DNA of 61,848 bases, counting the filler, from Choristocarpus tenellus KU-1152 (lineage: Eukaryota > Protista > Phaeophyceae), in assembly GCA_964200185.2 (NCBI GenBank). It is 10 parts of 10 records of this genome, joined end to end, with 100 filler letters (N's around TTAATTAATTAA, not from the genome) between each part and the next. Parts side by side here need not be neighbours in the genome. Positions count along the whole stretch, not along the records: positions 27,518 to 38,182 come from CAXNAD020002799.1; positions 38,283 to 41,637 come from CAXNAD020020577.1; positions 41,738 to 45,460 come from CAXNAD020018294.1; 7 more parts are not named here. The stretch is one strand, 5' to 3'. Under the pieces are notes generated by a model that saw nothing but the letters and a program-made list of their open reading frames with translations, was not told the origin of the DNA and searched no databases. Position 1 is the stretch's first letter. Every line of letters begins with the position of its first letter. This document shows positions 28,257 to 42,076 of the stretch, in pieces. The position numbers and the translations under genes were made by a program.

Positions 28257-28620
28257 TGTCAAGATTATGCTTGACCATTTGTGAGAATATGATTTGAAGT
28301 ATTATTTTATGTACGCACAGAAGATAATGCGGGACATTCGGGATATTTAGGGTTAGGGTATTTGATCAGAAGTAATCGGCGGACTATTAGAGTCGGAGTG
28401 TTTCTGACGTGTACTAGTGATACGTTGAGTCATTTGGTATTCTGAGTCATTAAGTGTAAGGACTGGTGAGCCCCACCTAGTGAAGGTATCTCACTCTCTT
28501 CTTAACTGTGGTACAAGCTCATAAACAATAATATAACTAGTTGTGTGGGACAACAAATCGTCAAGGACAACTTAACATGTACAAATCATGTATTTTTTTC
28601 CTTTCTCAGGATCCCTAACA
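28257..28620 (+). repeat. Probable 3' LTR of the copia element
   Basis: Follows the polypurine tract agagcaggggag (~28243-28254), begins TGTCAAG and ends CCTAACA. The right boundary is inferred because there is no 5' LTR to compare. Confidence 0.55.
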
Positions 28621-31600
28621 TGAAACCCCGCCCACCTCTCAATTAGTTAGGTCTGTCCTTGATATGATAGCATATTGTGCTTCCTTGCAGTTCTAGATAA
28701 CCTTGTGTCATACCCCAGAGCAACAACCAGTGAATGTTCCGTAACTATCGCCATGTCTCCTTGTCTGACTCAGCAAGTATACAACTAGATGATTATGGTC
28801 TTTTCCCATTTTATTTGACCTGATCGGTGTAGAAACACACTCTCACATGGTCGTATTGCTTCCACGAAACAGCACTTGTCCGGGACTTCCAACAGAGTGC
28901 CAAACCAATTGAGAGGTAGTACACAGGTTTGGACCCCTGTTCATTCTAAGTCATCTTTCTTACCTTGTGCAACCACTCTATTTCATCGATTTTTGTTCGC
29001 ACTTGTGCTAGCAAAATTAATATGGTGCTTTCCGCATACATAGTGACACCACAATTTAGCAACGATTCTTTCTGCAATCGTACAACGTGACCTCTTTTTG
29101 TCCTTTCTCAGGATCCTTACAGTGTATCCCTGCCTACCGCTCAAATGGTTTGGTTCAGGCCTGCAGTTAACCCAGTTGACCCGGTTCGACTGAGTCGCAG
29201 GCTGGCACACACCCCACCCTGTCAATTTTCTTTATAAAGGTGTTGGCCCAGCCTCATCCAAACAAACCTTACCTGCGCCAGCTAGTCATCTTGCCCCATT
29301 TAAATTTTTATGTTCTTATCCGGCATCTGCCAACCCACAGGAGGTCTCTGTCCTCTGATCTTATCAAACTCCCTGTCAATGACTGTACTTCAATGTCCAT
29401 GGTTCGCTCATCTATGAACAGGCCCTGTTTTTGTCAAATAATCACAATTTGCGAAGTTGGACTCTAATTATGTTCGCATCTCGCAGGGGGGTATAGAAAT
29501 ACGCCCCTTTTTAGTTCAGGAGCTTTGGGCTGTTTTTGAAAAGCGCACCTTCTCATCTGACAAGCCGTTCCTCTTATGCCTGAAATGAGGCTAGTACACC
29601 CTCAGGACAGAGACTGAGACAGTAGAATAGAAGACAAACTTTCGTCCAAATGAGCTCGAAATCACCCTCCAGAGTGCTAGCAGCACATCTTGTAGCAGAT
29701 AGTTGGCATTCTTACATATTATTTATTAGGCCTTCTGACATTTTGTAGACGTGTCAAGGAAAAAGCCCGACCAATATCACAATGCACCCCTTTAAAAGTA
29801 ACAGTTGTCGTAAGTGTGAAAGATACCTCTCGAAATTTATTTACTATTTGACTAACAGCAAATATTATCATCGGGCCTGACCGAGTTTGGCCCCGTCACA
29901 GTTACCTACTCCGGTTAATACTTTGAGCTTATCCCACACAAAGAAACCGAAACCTGGTTAATTGTACCTTGAAAAAATCGTGTTCCTACCATTTTATCTG
30001 AGACGAACCCCTCGAAACCATCTAAACATCCTCAACACCGACCACCTGAAGAAGCAAAGGTTGTAGGGAGCAATCATTACTGCCAATGAGAACCAGGGGC
30101 GTAGTGGGAGGAGGTAAGAAGATGTCCACGACTCAGTAACTCTACTGCAATGTGAGCGTCGTCCCTAGCAGCACAAACCGGTTGTGTTATGTTATGTTGT
30201 GTTGAACAAAAAGGCCAAGCGTAAAATCCTCCTTACCCCCACTTTGGAGTCTTGAGGAAGATCATATCTATTCTCGAAATTTGTGTATAACCAAGTCGTC
30301 CTCTCTCACCTTCAATCATAGCCTTTCTGATTTGTTTGACAGTTTTTAAGGCTACGGCTCAATCGGATTGCAGTCAATGGCATCGTGAGACGAGAACTAC
30401 TTGAGTGGCAATTTCACATCGATATATGACACAAGGACAGCTGAGAGCTCAGTCGATGATGAAACCCATGGACAAAAAATCCCGACTGACTATTATACAC
30501 TTGACCAAGGGGAGACCTGGTGGTGTCTCGGGGTTGTGACGAAAAGTTCACGAGATGTATAGTATGTTGTAAAGAATGCATTGCCTTCACGATTCGTTCT
30601 GTCCAACACTTTGGAAGGATCTCTAACCCAACCCACTTCCAGAGACACTTCAAATAATACTTCGGAATTCGAGAGTGTGAGAATATGAACCTCTACAAAT
30701 AGAATATTGAAAGTTTCATCGTCGACCAGATTGGGTTCTTCTCAGCTTCAGATTAGAACCGATTTTACTCATGTTCGAGAAATCGCAGTAAATTACTCTA
30801 AGAGAAAAACGATCGCTGTGATTATAGTGATAAGTATAGATGCCCAACTCTATGCCTTTTCTTTGTAGCACAAAGGTACGTACAACTGTGAACAGACCGT
30901 AAAATCTTCTGGATATGTGGGGATGCTGGTAACGTCAGGGAGTGGATTTGAACTATAGGTAGATGGGTGTCGATCAAAAACATCCCAATGATGGATGCAT
31001 AACTGTTGCTACTACCACAGTAGTGTGTTTCCAGCAGACTGAGCTGGTTTTTTCTTGACGCTTTGTGGCGTGGCTAGTGCAAACCCAGCGGTGTTCCTAC
31101 CCCTCTTATCGTGCTATGGTCTATCTCAGAGAGTGGAAGAGCATGGAGTATTTACTGGTTGAACATCACACAACATACCAACAAACACATTGTACATTGA
31201 ATAGAATGGGCAAACAGAAAGTGGAATGAACCAAGGGGTAAAAGTTTGACAAAGAAAAGGACACAGATATTGACTCATCTCAGGCAAGGTGCTCAGGAAT
31301 TGATAACTAAATGTGTAGCCCCCACGACTAGCTGCTTTGACTATTGGGGTACTACTGTGTCTTCAACATATTTTTAACTTTCGCTCAAGCCTGGAGGCTG
31401 GCCTGATCCGTGGCCAGGGGCACTATTGCTGGTGTGCCACTTTTCATACCGCCTACTCCCAGTAACTGCTACACTACAGCTAATAGCACATCAGGCATAA
31501 CTCGATCCTTGTGCCTTGGGCTCAGTGATCCCAACTCTTGTCATTCCATCTCTCCTTGAATCTTGAACAATACTTTTCTCAGTGTTGCTCTGCAATGAAG

Positions 31601-32263
31601 CCTCGTCATACAGTGTCAGTTTCAAAACCTATTTTTCGTACAGATGCAAACAGGATAATCCAGGCATAAAACCTGTGGTGCTTGCTGTGTGAAAGGAATT
31701 ATCAAAAGTAAATTTCCCTGAAAAGAAAATATGGCAACAAGTAGATATTAATCCGCACATAACTATTTCAAGCACATGACACCATACATAGGAACCAGCA
31801 CTTTTGAGTTGGTTTGTATGTCTTCAAGTTGCCAGTGCTATACAAATCTTCCCAAAGATATGTTGCATAGATGTACTTTCAATGTATGTTGACATTTTTG
31901 GTCAGGGAAAATATTTATTTGTACACAACGCATTGCTGTTGCAATTTTGTGTTGTAAGAATCCATCCCTCTAGATCCAGAGCGCACTCGTTTGATTGTTA
32001 CATGCATGCTGTGGATCAATCCATGAAGAGAGACCCTTGCGATCTCACAACGTTCAGCACATCGTTGTCTACACTTCAAATGCCTTGTCATTCCTTTCAA
32101 TTCTCAATGCTCTGCTAAATGTGCAGTTTACCCGATACTCACTAGCATCAACATTGCGTCCCTACACCCACTTGAACCGAACAAGGAGAATCAATTTGAA
32201 ACAGAGTGCAACCAGAATCCCTCGAGGAAAAAACACATTCCAAACATTGCAACTGCGCATCAA

Positions 32264-35200
32264 ATGGAACAAAGGTATCGAAAGCTCCAGGAGCTGGGCA
32301 GGGGGAGTCATGGCTCTGCCTTTCTCGTCTGTGAAACCAACAATGAGACCAAAATATTTGTAATGAAGGTATGTTAAAATAGAATGGATATGTATCTCAT
32401 CAACAACAACAAATTGAGAAGTTTGAGGAGACTCCAGTGGTGAGATCACCTTATCCAATCAATTGCAAGTCCTTCGGTTGTGATCTTGCAGTGCCTTACA
32501 ATGAGTGGATTAGTTGCCTATGATGGCCACTGTCGTTGATTTTGCTTCAAAGCACTCAGTGTAGAAACGTCAATCCGTTATGGATGTCATCTCATTGCCA
32601 AGTTCATGTTGAATTGATCAATGCATTCTAAGATTGAGAACAAAACATATCGAAATTGATGGGGTGGGGAAGGCTGAACGGCAAATTCATACTATAGCCT
32701 CAATTTGATACCTAAGCAGTTCAGTTAGTGCAGATGTGGTTGTTTGTATGGTGCTCTCAAATTCTGAATCTTTGCCAGACACATCCAATCTGCACATTAA
32801 AATGTGCCTCATAGTGTCCTCCTGCTAACAGTGAACAAGCTGGATCCCAAGATGAGTATCATAGTCAATGGAAGTGCCAGGAAAAATTGAGTGACTGTAC
32901 TGCATATATATATATATAACTTGTTTCACATTGTTGTAAGCAGCCTCTTGACTTGAACGCATGCTCCAAGCGAGTGGGGGTGTCAGAAAATGCTGGAGTA
33001 TTTGTATGTTTGCTGATATTTAATGATGTTCGCCTCTGCTGCGGATCAATATCTGCCAACTAATATCAGTCAATAGTAAGCGAGAGGTACCCAGGTTTTG
33101 GCCGTTTTTCATCTTAAGCCAGTTTTTCAATCTTATGCAACCCACCCATATTTCTATGGATGTGAAGTGCTAAGTTTGACTTGAGAGTGTTGATTTCTCT
33201 ATTGCTTGAGACTTTGAGACAGAATTCAGAAAACATTCTATATGCATTTGTAAAAACAAAATATTGCACACATTTGTCAGCATCCTTAAAATGCAACTCT
33301 GGCTAACTTTTGCTTACTTTGACTCTATATCAACAACAGCGGCAGCACCAGTACAAACATGATCAATCTCTACACTCTAACCATCATCCCTTCCATCTAC
33401 TGCACTATGGGTCCTGTATTCCCCATCAGGAAATCAAGTTGGGGAACCTTCCAGAGAAGGAGCGCAAGGCCACATCCAGGGAGGCACAACTACTGAGTCG
33501 CATGCAGCACTCCAATATTGTCAACTATGTGGAAAGCTTCTCCAACAATAGGTAATCCTTAGTAGTGCTGTCCCTAGGGCTTACTCTCCCATAAAGAAAG
33601 GATATTTTCATATGCAGTGGAAGGTCTTAAGGCTCAGCCTCGTACATCTCTTAGTCAAAGGATCACACTTTTTTTGTTTGTTGTTGAAGTATAAATTTGA
33701 AAATTTATCTGACAGGTCAAATCGAGTCGTAAGGCACAGCCAATGCAATGGGGAATTGTGGCCAATGCAAAGGGATGTCCTCACATTTGATCACGTTTGG
33801 TGATCAAGGAACCTGTAAGACACTGAGATACAAGAGGAGCAGGGAAAGGGCATGTGTAACAATGTCAAGTGGGGAGGGGTGTGCAAACAATATCCCAATG
33901 CCCTCTTTCATTGAACGTGATGCTGAGTGACTTGTCATGCCTCTCACTGCTCTCCCCAGTGAGAAATCATGAGTCTCATCAATAAGCCCCTGAGAAGGGT
34001 ATCTTGGTTGTATGCCTTGTATGCCTTGTATGCCTTGTATAACCCATGGCTGCCGAGAACGGGAAGAAATTTGACAAGAGGCGTTATGGCTTTTGGATGT
34101 GAAACAGGCACTCACTTGAACGGATTATACCGAAAGTAGAAGTGCTTGACCTTGAACAGGTGCGACCTTCCTCATCTGTGGTAGTTTCTTTAAAAAAAAA
34201 TCGTTATATCTATTCTTCGTCTGAAAATAGATAGCACAACCCATCAACTAGCCCTCTACATTTATCTTTGAAAGAAACCATGTGTCTCATGGACCATATT
34301 GTGGGGAAGAATGGGAGTTAAGTTTTTTTTATCGCCTTTGAAGTACAACAAATGCTGTCTAAGTGTAAGCTGCTTTGCATTAATATTTCTAGCTTATCGC
34401 AGAGTTGGCAAAGTCAGACTAAGAGTGTATGACACCCACTCACCCCTTTTTTGGCAGAATACTGCACATTGTCATGGGCTATGCTGATGGAGGGGATCTT
34501 GCTCAGGCCATTGAGTGCCAAAGAAGAGTCTCTAAGCCTTTTGCTGAGGAGGAGGTAAGTGGTAGGTGAGAAGACAGACTCACAGATAGAGCATATCTTG
34601 ATCAAGAAGTTGTCAGTTGGGAGAACAGTGTATCCAGAAGTTGCCTCGGTAGTTCTTGTTTGACAATGAGCAAGTATGTACAGTGAGCTAGAATTCAATC
34701 AGCAATAACTCAAGGAGGAGAGCCCATGTGTTTTCCTACCAGACAGGCAGAGAGAGGCAGGAATATCTGTTGGAAACAGGTCAAAGTAGGACAGATGAAA
34801 GTATATTATTTTTTTTGTGCTAGGGTCAAGGTGGACAAAGTCAGAACTAAGGAAGCACAGTTGCTGCATGTATGCACTGTAGGAGAAGAGGAGGATTGAA
34901 TGTGTTGCCCTTAAATTGATAATGATGAAGAGAGATTCAGGGGCTAGGAGACTTCATGGGCCAATTGTATCCTGTTGGCTCATGCAGCATGTCTCACTAG
35001 TAAATAAGTTGTGTTTCATGCAGGTCACCTACCTCCTCAGTCTGGACATACCCCCCACTAGGCATTTAACCATTGCTATGGTCTGGCCCCTTCACCAAAT
35101 AAATGTTACAGTTAGACCCAAAGCATCGAAGAGGGTAGAAGATTTGCCCTGCTTGTCCGTTTGGGACTTGGCTTCCCATGTGTTTTTTATGCCCCTTTTC

Positions 35201-37999
35201 GGTTTTCTGTGTGAACATAGTTACTTAAAATGTACAGTACGACTATGAAAGGTGTGCCCGGAACAAGGGTATTGGCACTTCCTAACAAGCACAACATCCA
35301 AAATTCATCAAAACCGCAATTGGACTTATGACCCCAAACGTACGCGGCCCTACCCTCTTAAACGCTTTGTCTCTTACGGATAGTTCACTGTGTTTTGTTT
35401 TCTTTTTGGGCCTGAAGGTGATGCGCATCTTTGTACAACTGTGCTTGGCGCTGCGACATGTACACTCTCACAAAATCCTGCACCGGGACCTGAAGTCCCA
35501 GAATGTGTTCCTCACCAAGGCTGGAGTCGTAAAACTAGGAGATTTTGGTATCGCCAAGGTGATTTCTCTATCAAGTACTGTGGAACTCATCTGAAACATG
35601 CCTTAAACCCACGTTGAGTCCATCCCTAGGTCTGTACCTTAGCCTGTTCTTGATTGATGCTGTTCATTAATGAATTTCTTTGCACTGTGAAAACCTTCAG
35701 GCATTGTGCTGATCAGAGGCTATTGCTGTGATAGAGCTCTGCAGCACTCTGAGCATGTTTGTAGAGTGCAATACCATGAGGTGTGCTCATGTTGCTGGAT
35801 CAACACTTCAGTAGATACTATGTGCACAAGCAAGTAGTGCCTCTTGTTTGATATTGTCCTCAAGTCGAAATTAACTGAAAGGTTTTGGCATCCAAGAAGG
35901 TACCCTATTCAGAGGGTTCTTGGAGATCAACTCCATGCCAAGGGTGGGTAAAAAATGTATATATTTGTGTGGTCTCGAAATTGTTGCGATCCTGTTCTTG
36001 CTAAGGGGTCAATGGTGGCACTAACTGAGGCTAAGGCTACTCTATTGGAGAGTTCTCAAGTCAGTGTTGGAAACCACCCACTGTTGGTACCAATGATGAG
36101 AATTCTAGGTGATGTCACTCTACCAATGAGTGCTTAAGACAACAGATGAATGCCGAACAGCATGATATAAGAGGTATCTCAATAGGATTGGTGGCTACAG
36201 GATGGAAACCCCCCAGAGATGACATCAAGGACACAACAGGTTTTTCTACTGGTGTAGTTGTTATTAGGAAACCTTTCAGTATTTCCGTAAGAAAAAAATT
36301 ACTTCTCATTAGTATCGATATTAATCTTGGCATATATATATGTATATATATATGTGGTGACATGCCTTATACTCGTAGGGTAGATTGGATATATATTGTT
36401 GTGTCCAGGATTGATATTGTCACAACTCTTTTTCTGGACCAAGGAAAATAGCATCCATGCACAGGTTATAAGGCAAAGGAAAGTAAGATAGATCACTTCA
36501 TATCTTGAGCGCTAAAAGCATCTTTAAGTGCCCTGGAGTACTTCCATGGACCCATGCATGTCTCAATTTCCACATCCAGAAAAATTTAGATGGCAGTGTA
36601 TGTTGTGACTATCGGTGACTTGAGAGTAGTTGGTATCCAAAAGGTTTTAGGTGTAGTACTGATAATGGGGAACAACACAATACAGAGGTCATTAAAAAAT
36701 CAGTTTGCTGTAAATGACAAGCTACTATAGTTTCTCTGATTTGGTCTATACTTATTGGCAGTACACAATATCATGTACTTTACACCCAAGTGGCTGTCTT
36801 CAATGAAAAGAATGGTGATATGAATGGCGTATCCATAGCCTATAGAGCAAACAACAATACATATAGTAAGTACATTTTTTTTTTCTTTACTTGCATCTAC
36901 CTATACGGTTTTGTCTATGATACAGAGTTTGCATGGTGTGAACTAGACTAACTCTCCAATAAGTAGTGTGCAGAAGATATAATTTTGAAGGGTATTGCCT
37001 GAGCATGATTGTTTGTTCTGGTTCCATACACAATTGAAGGTTGGTACCCTGTTGTTCTGAACTTTTCACAAGAGTATGGATCTTATTGCAATGCTGCTGT
37101 GTTATGCATGTAGCCTCTCTCTCCTGCCTGTTGTGACCTCTACTCTACCAGACTATCTAACCCTATCCCCCCCTTTTTGCACCAGTTACTTGACTCATCA
37201 GAGGCGTGTGCCAGGACACAAATTGGCACACCCTACTACCTCTCCCCAGAACTCTGCCAGGACAAGCCCTACGGAAGGAGTAGCGATGTGTGGGCGCTGG
37301 GCATATTGCTGTATGAGCTGCTTGCCCTCAAGGTGTCAGAGGGTGGATGGGGGAGGGGCATGTGCATGTGCATGTAAAGGCACATGATAACTGGATTAAG
37401 AAAGGTAGCAGGCAACTGCCAGTGATAGGAATATGATCACTGAACTTTGCACTGGGCCCAGATATGTGGAGGGGGGAGAGGTGCATGGAACAACAAATGG
37501 CTTCCCCCCACATTGTGCCAGGATTTAAAATAGTGACACTTGAGGAGTAGGCGCATGTCCAAGGTGAAGGCATCTCATTGGTTCAAGGCGGCACATATGC
37601 TATTATTCTATTTGTCTAATTGTTGCCTTTGAGTCATGTCCCCTAACCCTTCAAATTTACACTAACCTGATGGATGTTGTATCTGTCAAGCAGTAGTCCC
37701 AGTATCACACTGAAAATACCTTCAAGTTGCACAACCGTGTAGCCCACCCATACCTGCAAATCCACCCTCTACTAAATTTCCCTCATTCCAAACATGCATA
37801 CATACGCCACACACATCTCTATTTAAATCTAATCCAGGTACCCTTTCAGGCTCGAAATTTGGCTGCTCTTGTTGGGAAGATTACAACCCAAGAGCCGCCA
37901 CCAATAGAGGGATGTCGTAAGTCATATTCGGAGGAAGTGCTGGCACTGATGTCATCGATTCTGCGAAAGGAGCCCAGTGAACGTCCCACTGTCAACGAG
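32264..37999 (+). CDS. NEK: NIMA-related Ser/Thr kinase (NEK1-like), near-complete kinase domain, gene 3'-truncated
   Basis: Phase-compatible exons 32264-32368 ([17 protein letters not shown]...VMK), 33430-33551, 34458-34554 (MGYADGGDL), 35418-35558 ([18 protein letters not shown]), 37186-37332 ([11 protein letters not shown]), 37838-37999 (P.ERPT). Confidence 0.95.
35115..35373. mobile_element. MITE family A copy inside NEK intron 3
   Basis: TIRs gacccaaagcatcgaagagggtag and ctaccctcttaaacgctttgtctc, flanked by TTA on both sides. Related to copies at 42077, 43688 and 44159. Confidence 0.7.
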
Positions 38000-38700
38000 G
38001 TGACTCACGAATTATTATTATTATTATTGGTGCTGAGATATTCAAATTTTGTTCTTGTGAGTCTCAATTAATCTTTAGAACAGAAAAAAATGATCATTGT
38101 GGCACACATACCCTTTTCCTTGCCCCCTCCCCCCCCCCCCCCCCCCCCACTCCTCCTCCGCCCTCCCCCCGCAGCGCTCCCTNNNNNNNNNNNNNNNNNN
38201 NNNNNNNNNNNNNNNNNNNNNNNNNNTTAATTAATTAANNNNNNNNNNNNNNNNNNNNNNNNNNNNNNNNNNNNNNNNNNNNGTGTGCCTTCGGATGCGT
38301 GGAGGATCTGGGGAAGGGGGGGGGGTGAGTTACCAAGTGCATGGTCTTCTGTTGAAACTTGAGTAAAAATCTTAGGTACTGAGGCGGCATTGATGGGTAG
38401 GGTTAGGGGTTTACTGAAGGTTCGACGGCTTCAGTGTCTCAGGATGGTCAAGATGGTTGGGTAGGATGGAATGTACACGTGGTGGATTTGCACATGCCTA
38501 CCCCCTCAGTCATGTCTTGGTCTTGGGCAAGGTTGTATAATGCATGGGAGCAGCATAACCTGTTCATCTTTGGTGTCTCTTGCACCTCTGCCATGATGAT
38601 GTTCCCCTTCCCCAACTGTGTCAATACCACTACTGCCTCACCAACTATGAGTGTGTTGTGATTTCCTTCCTTGATGGAAGATTGTGGATGCTTTTGCCAG

Positions 38701-39857
38701 GTATATCCCTGTGGCGTGTGCTTGTGCAGGTGATGGGCATGTCACTACTGGTGAGCTATTGTGTCACACTGGCTCTTCGTGCGTACCACAGCAACAGTTG
38801 TAAGGCCTCATACAGCTGTAATTTTGCCACCGACCCCAAGTTGGCCACCCTGCGGGAATGGCAGGTGGGAATCGAGATGAGTCGATTTGTTTTGATTGGT
38901 CAATTCAAATCTGTATTAAAGGAAAAAACAAGGGAAGTTTTTTTTTTTGTGCAAGCTCGCAGTGCCCACAGTGCTGGGCACTTGTACGCAATTAGTTCAA
39001 ATTACAATCAAGTGTGCTGATTTTTTTTTAGCATATTAGATGTATACTCCTCAGATTTTTTTTTTAAGACTTGGCATTTAACTGACAACACTATTGGTAT
39101 TAGTAGCATAGTTGTGTTTGTTGTTGAGGGGGTGAGGTCTATTGTCCTACCCTGACTACACCCTTTGGGCGTGTCTTGATGGATAGTTTACAGGCTTTAG
39201 GCACGCTTGAGTTGTACTCCATAGCACTACATACTTGCTAAGAAGAAGCTCTACCTGACAAAAGGTTGTGTGAGGTGGTGGTGGTTGGATGGCTTGTGAA
39301 GATAGGCTGGGTAGAACTAATAAATGAATAAAAATTGCTGAGCACAGCTCCTTTCCAGAGGTCCATTCTCCATTCCAGTGTTGAATGAGATGTACGTGAC
39401 TATATGGTCTTTGTGTGATGTACGTGTGACCCTACCGAGTTCCTCCCAACTAAACAACTTCATCGCTAAGTAGCTACAAAAAATGTGTTTTTTACAATGA
39501 TTGCATTGGTTTGGGCCCCCCACCCCAGACAGATTTGTTTTTGATGGGACTAGGTGAATGGATTGAATTTGTGTTCAAGAATCTTTGATTCAAAGTATTT
39601 CATCCTCTGAGAGAGTAAAAAGAGAAGAGTGACAAGGTGTAGTGTTAAACATGGAGGCCATTTCACATCCCCACCTCATTCTTGATCTGGCAAGCTTGTG
39701 GTATAGCCACCGACATTAAGATGCACCTTCAATAGTACAGTTAGGTGCATACTGATTATCTCATGGACTTGTTTACCTGAAGCTGCTGAAGGGGTTCCGT
39801 GCCCACTCTGACCTTTTGTTGTGTTTTGCTTACAATGTTTCTTGTTCTCATACGCGC

Positions 39858-39894
<37 letters not shown>

Positions 39895-41233
39895 TACATT
39901 TTTGTCTGTTTCCATGCCTTGCATTCAGATCCTGATTGACAACCTCCTCACAGGGGTTGCTGCACTGGACATGGTGTTACAGTTTCGAACTGCGTTCGTT
40001 GACAAAAACAGCAAGATCATTGTCAACCCAAAGAAGGTAAAGAACAATAGTAAGCATCTTTGTGTTCCTCTTTTCCACTGTAGTGTTGGTCTTATGTATA
40101 TTAATAATAATAATAATAATAATAAAATGTTGTGATTGCTCCGTAGTGCGGTAGGAGTCGGGGACTCTCCAAAGCATTTCATAGATTAGTGCTCTGGAGT
40201 GCTCTGTAGCACTATGAGTTATTACGCTGTCGGGATATGGTTAGGGCTAAGGTTGGAAATATATATATTCTATTTTGTTTTTTTGGGGCGAATTGTCATG
40301 CAAGCGAGGATCAGAGCCAGTGTTTTTTTTTTAAAAGAATTGTAGGAGTCTTGAGGTCATTTATTTGTCTTGGTGCCACCATCATTTTTATTTGTTTTTA
40401 ATTATATATTTTTCTTATTTCGTCTTTTTCTCGCCTTCGTTATACTTTGTATCATCTTGGTGGTGATGATGTTGTTTCCTATCCCCTTTATGATACTCCG
40501 CATGAGTACGAATGTTTGTGTGTACTGTGATTCATATGAGTTAGTTATAGATACACTTTGATTCATATGAGTTAGTTGTAGATACACTTTGCTTCAGTTT
40601 GTACACGGTACATATACTTGTCAATAGTGCCTGTTACTAAACACTCTCACTCTTTTGTTTGGACTTGAAGGTGGCCACACACTATCTGGGGACCTGGTTC
40701 GTTCCAGATCTGCTGTGCTCTCTTCCATATCGGACACTGCAGCCTCTGTTTGAGCCCATACTGGCCAGCATTGGCGAGGAGGTGATCTCGCTGTAGTATC
40801 TTTTTTTTTTAGGGACAAGGGGGTGCAATAGAAGAGTAGAAGGGCATTGGAAAGGGGAGAGCTGGTTGTGCTTGGGGTATGTTTTACACAGTATGAAATA
40901 AGAATTATTCTTGTTCCTATGGCTCAATCGTGCAACCCATATAAGGTACATTTGAAAGAAGGGGGATAGTGGGAGGGAGGGCATTGCCAGTCAGGCAAGC
41001 GGTCACTTCCCTTGGTTGATTGAGGTTGATCCTGTTTGTCTGCTTCTTTGTGACTAGTGTTAACTGTAATGTGCTTACTCAGGTTGACAGCGGGTTGGAT
41101 TCGCTGATGGACACTTGTTCTCCTCAAGTGGAAGCACAAATGGGTGAGGCAGGATCTCCTCTGAGCCTCTGGGTTTTCAAGCTCAGCAAGGCTCTGCATG
41201 TTGGCAAGATCAACAGCATCCGAGGGACTAGAG
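38701..41233 (+). CDS. Cyclic-nucleotide-gated / EAG-type channel, internal fragment S1-S4
   Basis: Phase-compatible exons 38701-38864, 39929-40036 (DMVLQFRTAFVD....IVNPKK), 40671-40781 (VATHYLGTWFVPDLLCSLPY) and 41083-41233. The FRTA and YL..WF..DL...LP motifs are typical of CNBD-channel S2-S3. Confidence 0.8.
40529..40590. repeat. 31-bp tandem duplication in an intron
   Basis: gattcatatgagttagtt(a/g)tagatacacttt occurs twice with one mismatch. Confidence 0.9.
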
Positions 41234-41780
41234 GTAGGAGATTGATCCTCTGGACGGGCTGGTGGGTAGACCTGGGCGATGAAGTTCTATTATTAAAGTT
41301 GTGTGTGGGTGCATGTGTGCTTCTCAGTGTGGCAAAATCTGTGAAGATCTGGTGGTAGTGGTATTTGTACTGGTGGTTGTAATTGCTGGGTCCAGAGCAG
41401 TAGAAAAGTAGTACGTGGTGGCAGTTCCAGTTGTACGTAACAAAAAATATATATTTTATACGAAACATACCGCCTTCTTGGTGAATGCAGTTTTGAATGT
41501 CCTTCACTATCATCAGTATTCCTTTTTTATGTATGGAAACTGTGCCCATGAACAGTTCTTGCAAACCTACCTCCCCCCCCCCCCCCATTGACTTTAACAC
41601 TCACCCCTTCCCCCTCTCCCCCACACCCCCCACAACANNNNNNNNNNNNNNNNNNNNNNNNNNNNNNNNNNNNNNNNNNNNTTAATTAATTAANNNNNNN
41701 NNNNNNNNNNNNNNNNNNNNNNNNNNNNNNNNNNNNNGCGGCCAAAGTCGGGGTCTCCCTTGCCTTGTAGTGGGATCTGT

Positions 41781-42035
41781 GAGTCAGACCAACTGAGAGG
41801 TAGGGGTGGTTGGATTTTAAGGATACCAGGCAAGGGCAAAAATATGTCGTTTTGTACAATTGAAGAAAGAGCTTTTGCAGAGTTGTGGTGTCCCTCGCGT
41901 TTTGGACAGGAGGAATAATAATTGGCATGAACTAATGTTGACATAAGGCAATGGAATAGTGATCGTAGAGGGTGAGAAAAATGTCTTAGAATGCAAGAGG
42001 GTTCAACCCTGCCTACCTCTCAATTGGTTTGGCTC
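41781..42035. mobile_element. MITE family B (TIR approximately GAGCCAAACCAATTGAGAGGTAGG), nested in the mariner
   Basis: Ends gagtcagaccaactgagaggtagg and cctacctctcaattggtttggctc. The flanks are contiguous in the 3662-5367 mariner copy. Confidence 0.8.
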
Positions 42036-42076
42036 TTTTGCAAGCGCAAGAAGGTGAAGGTCAAGCAGTGGATTGA

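Noticed and set aside
29167-29992. Small spliced gene divergent from NEK
   Set aside because: The candidate middle exon hits a stop in the required frame.
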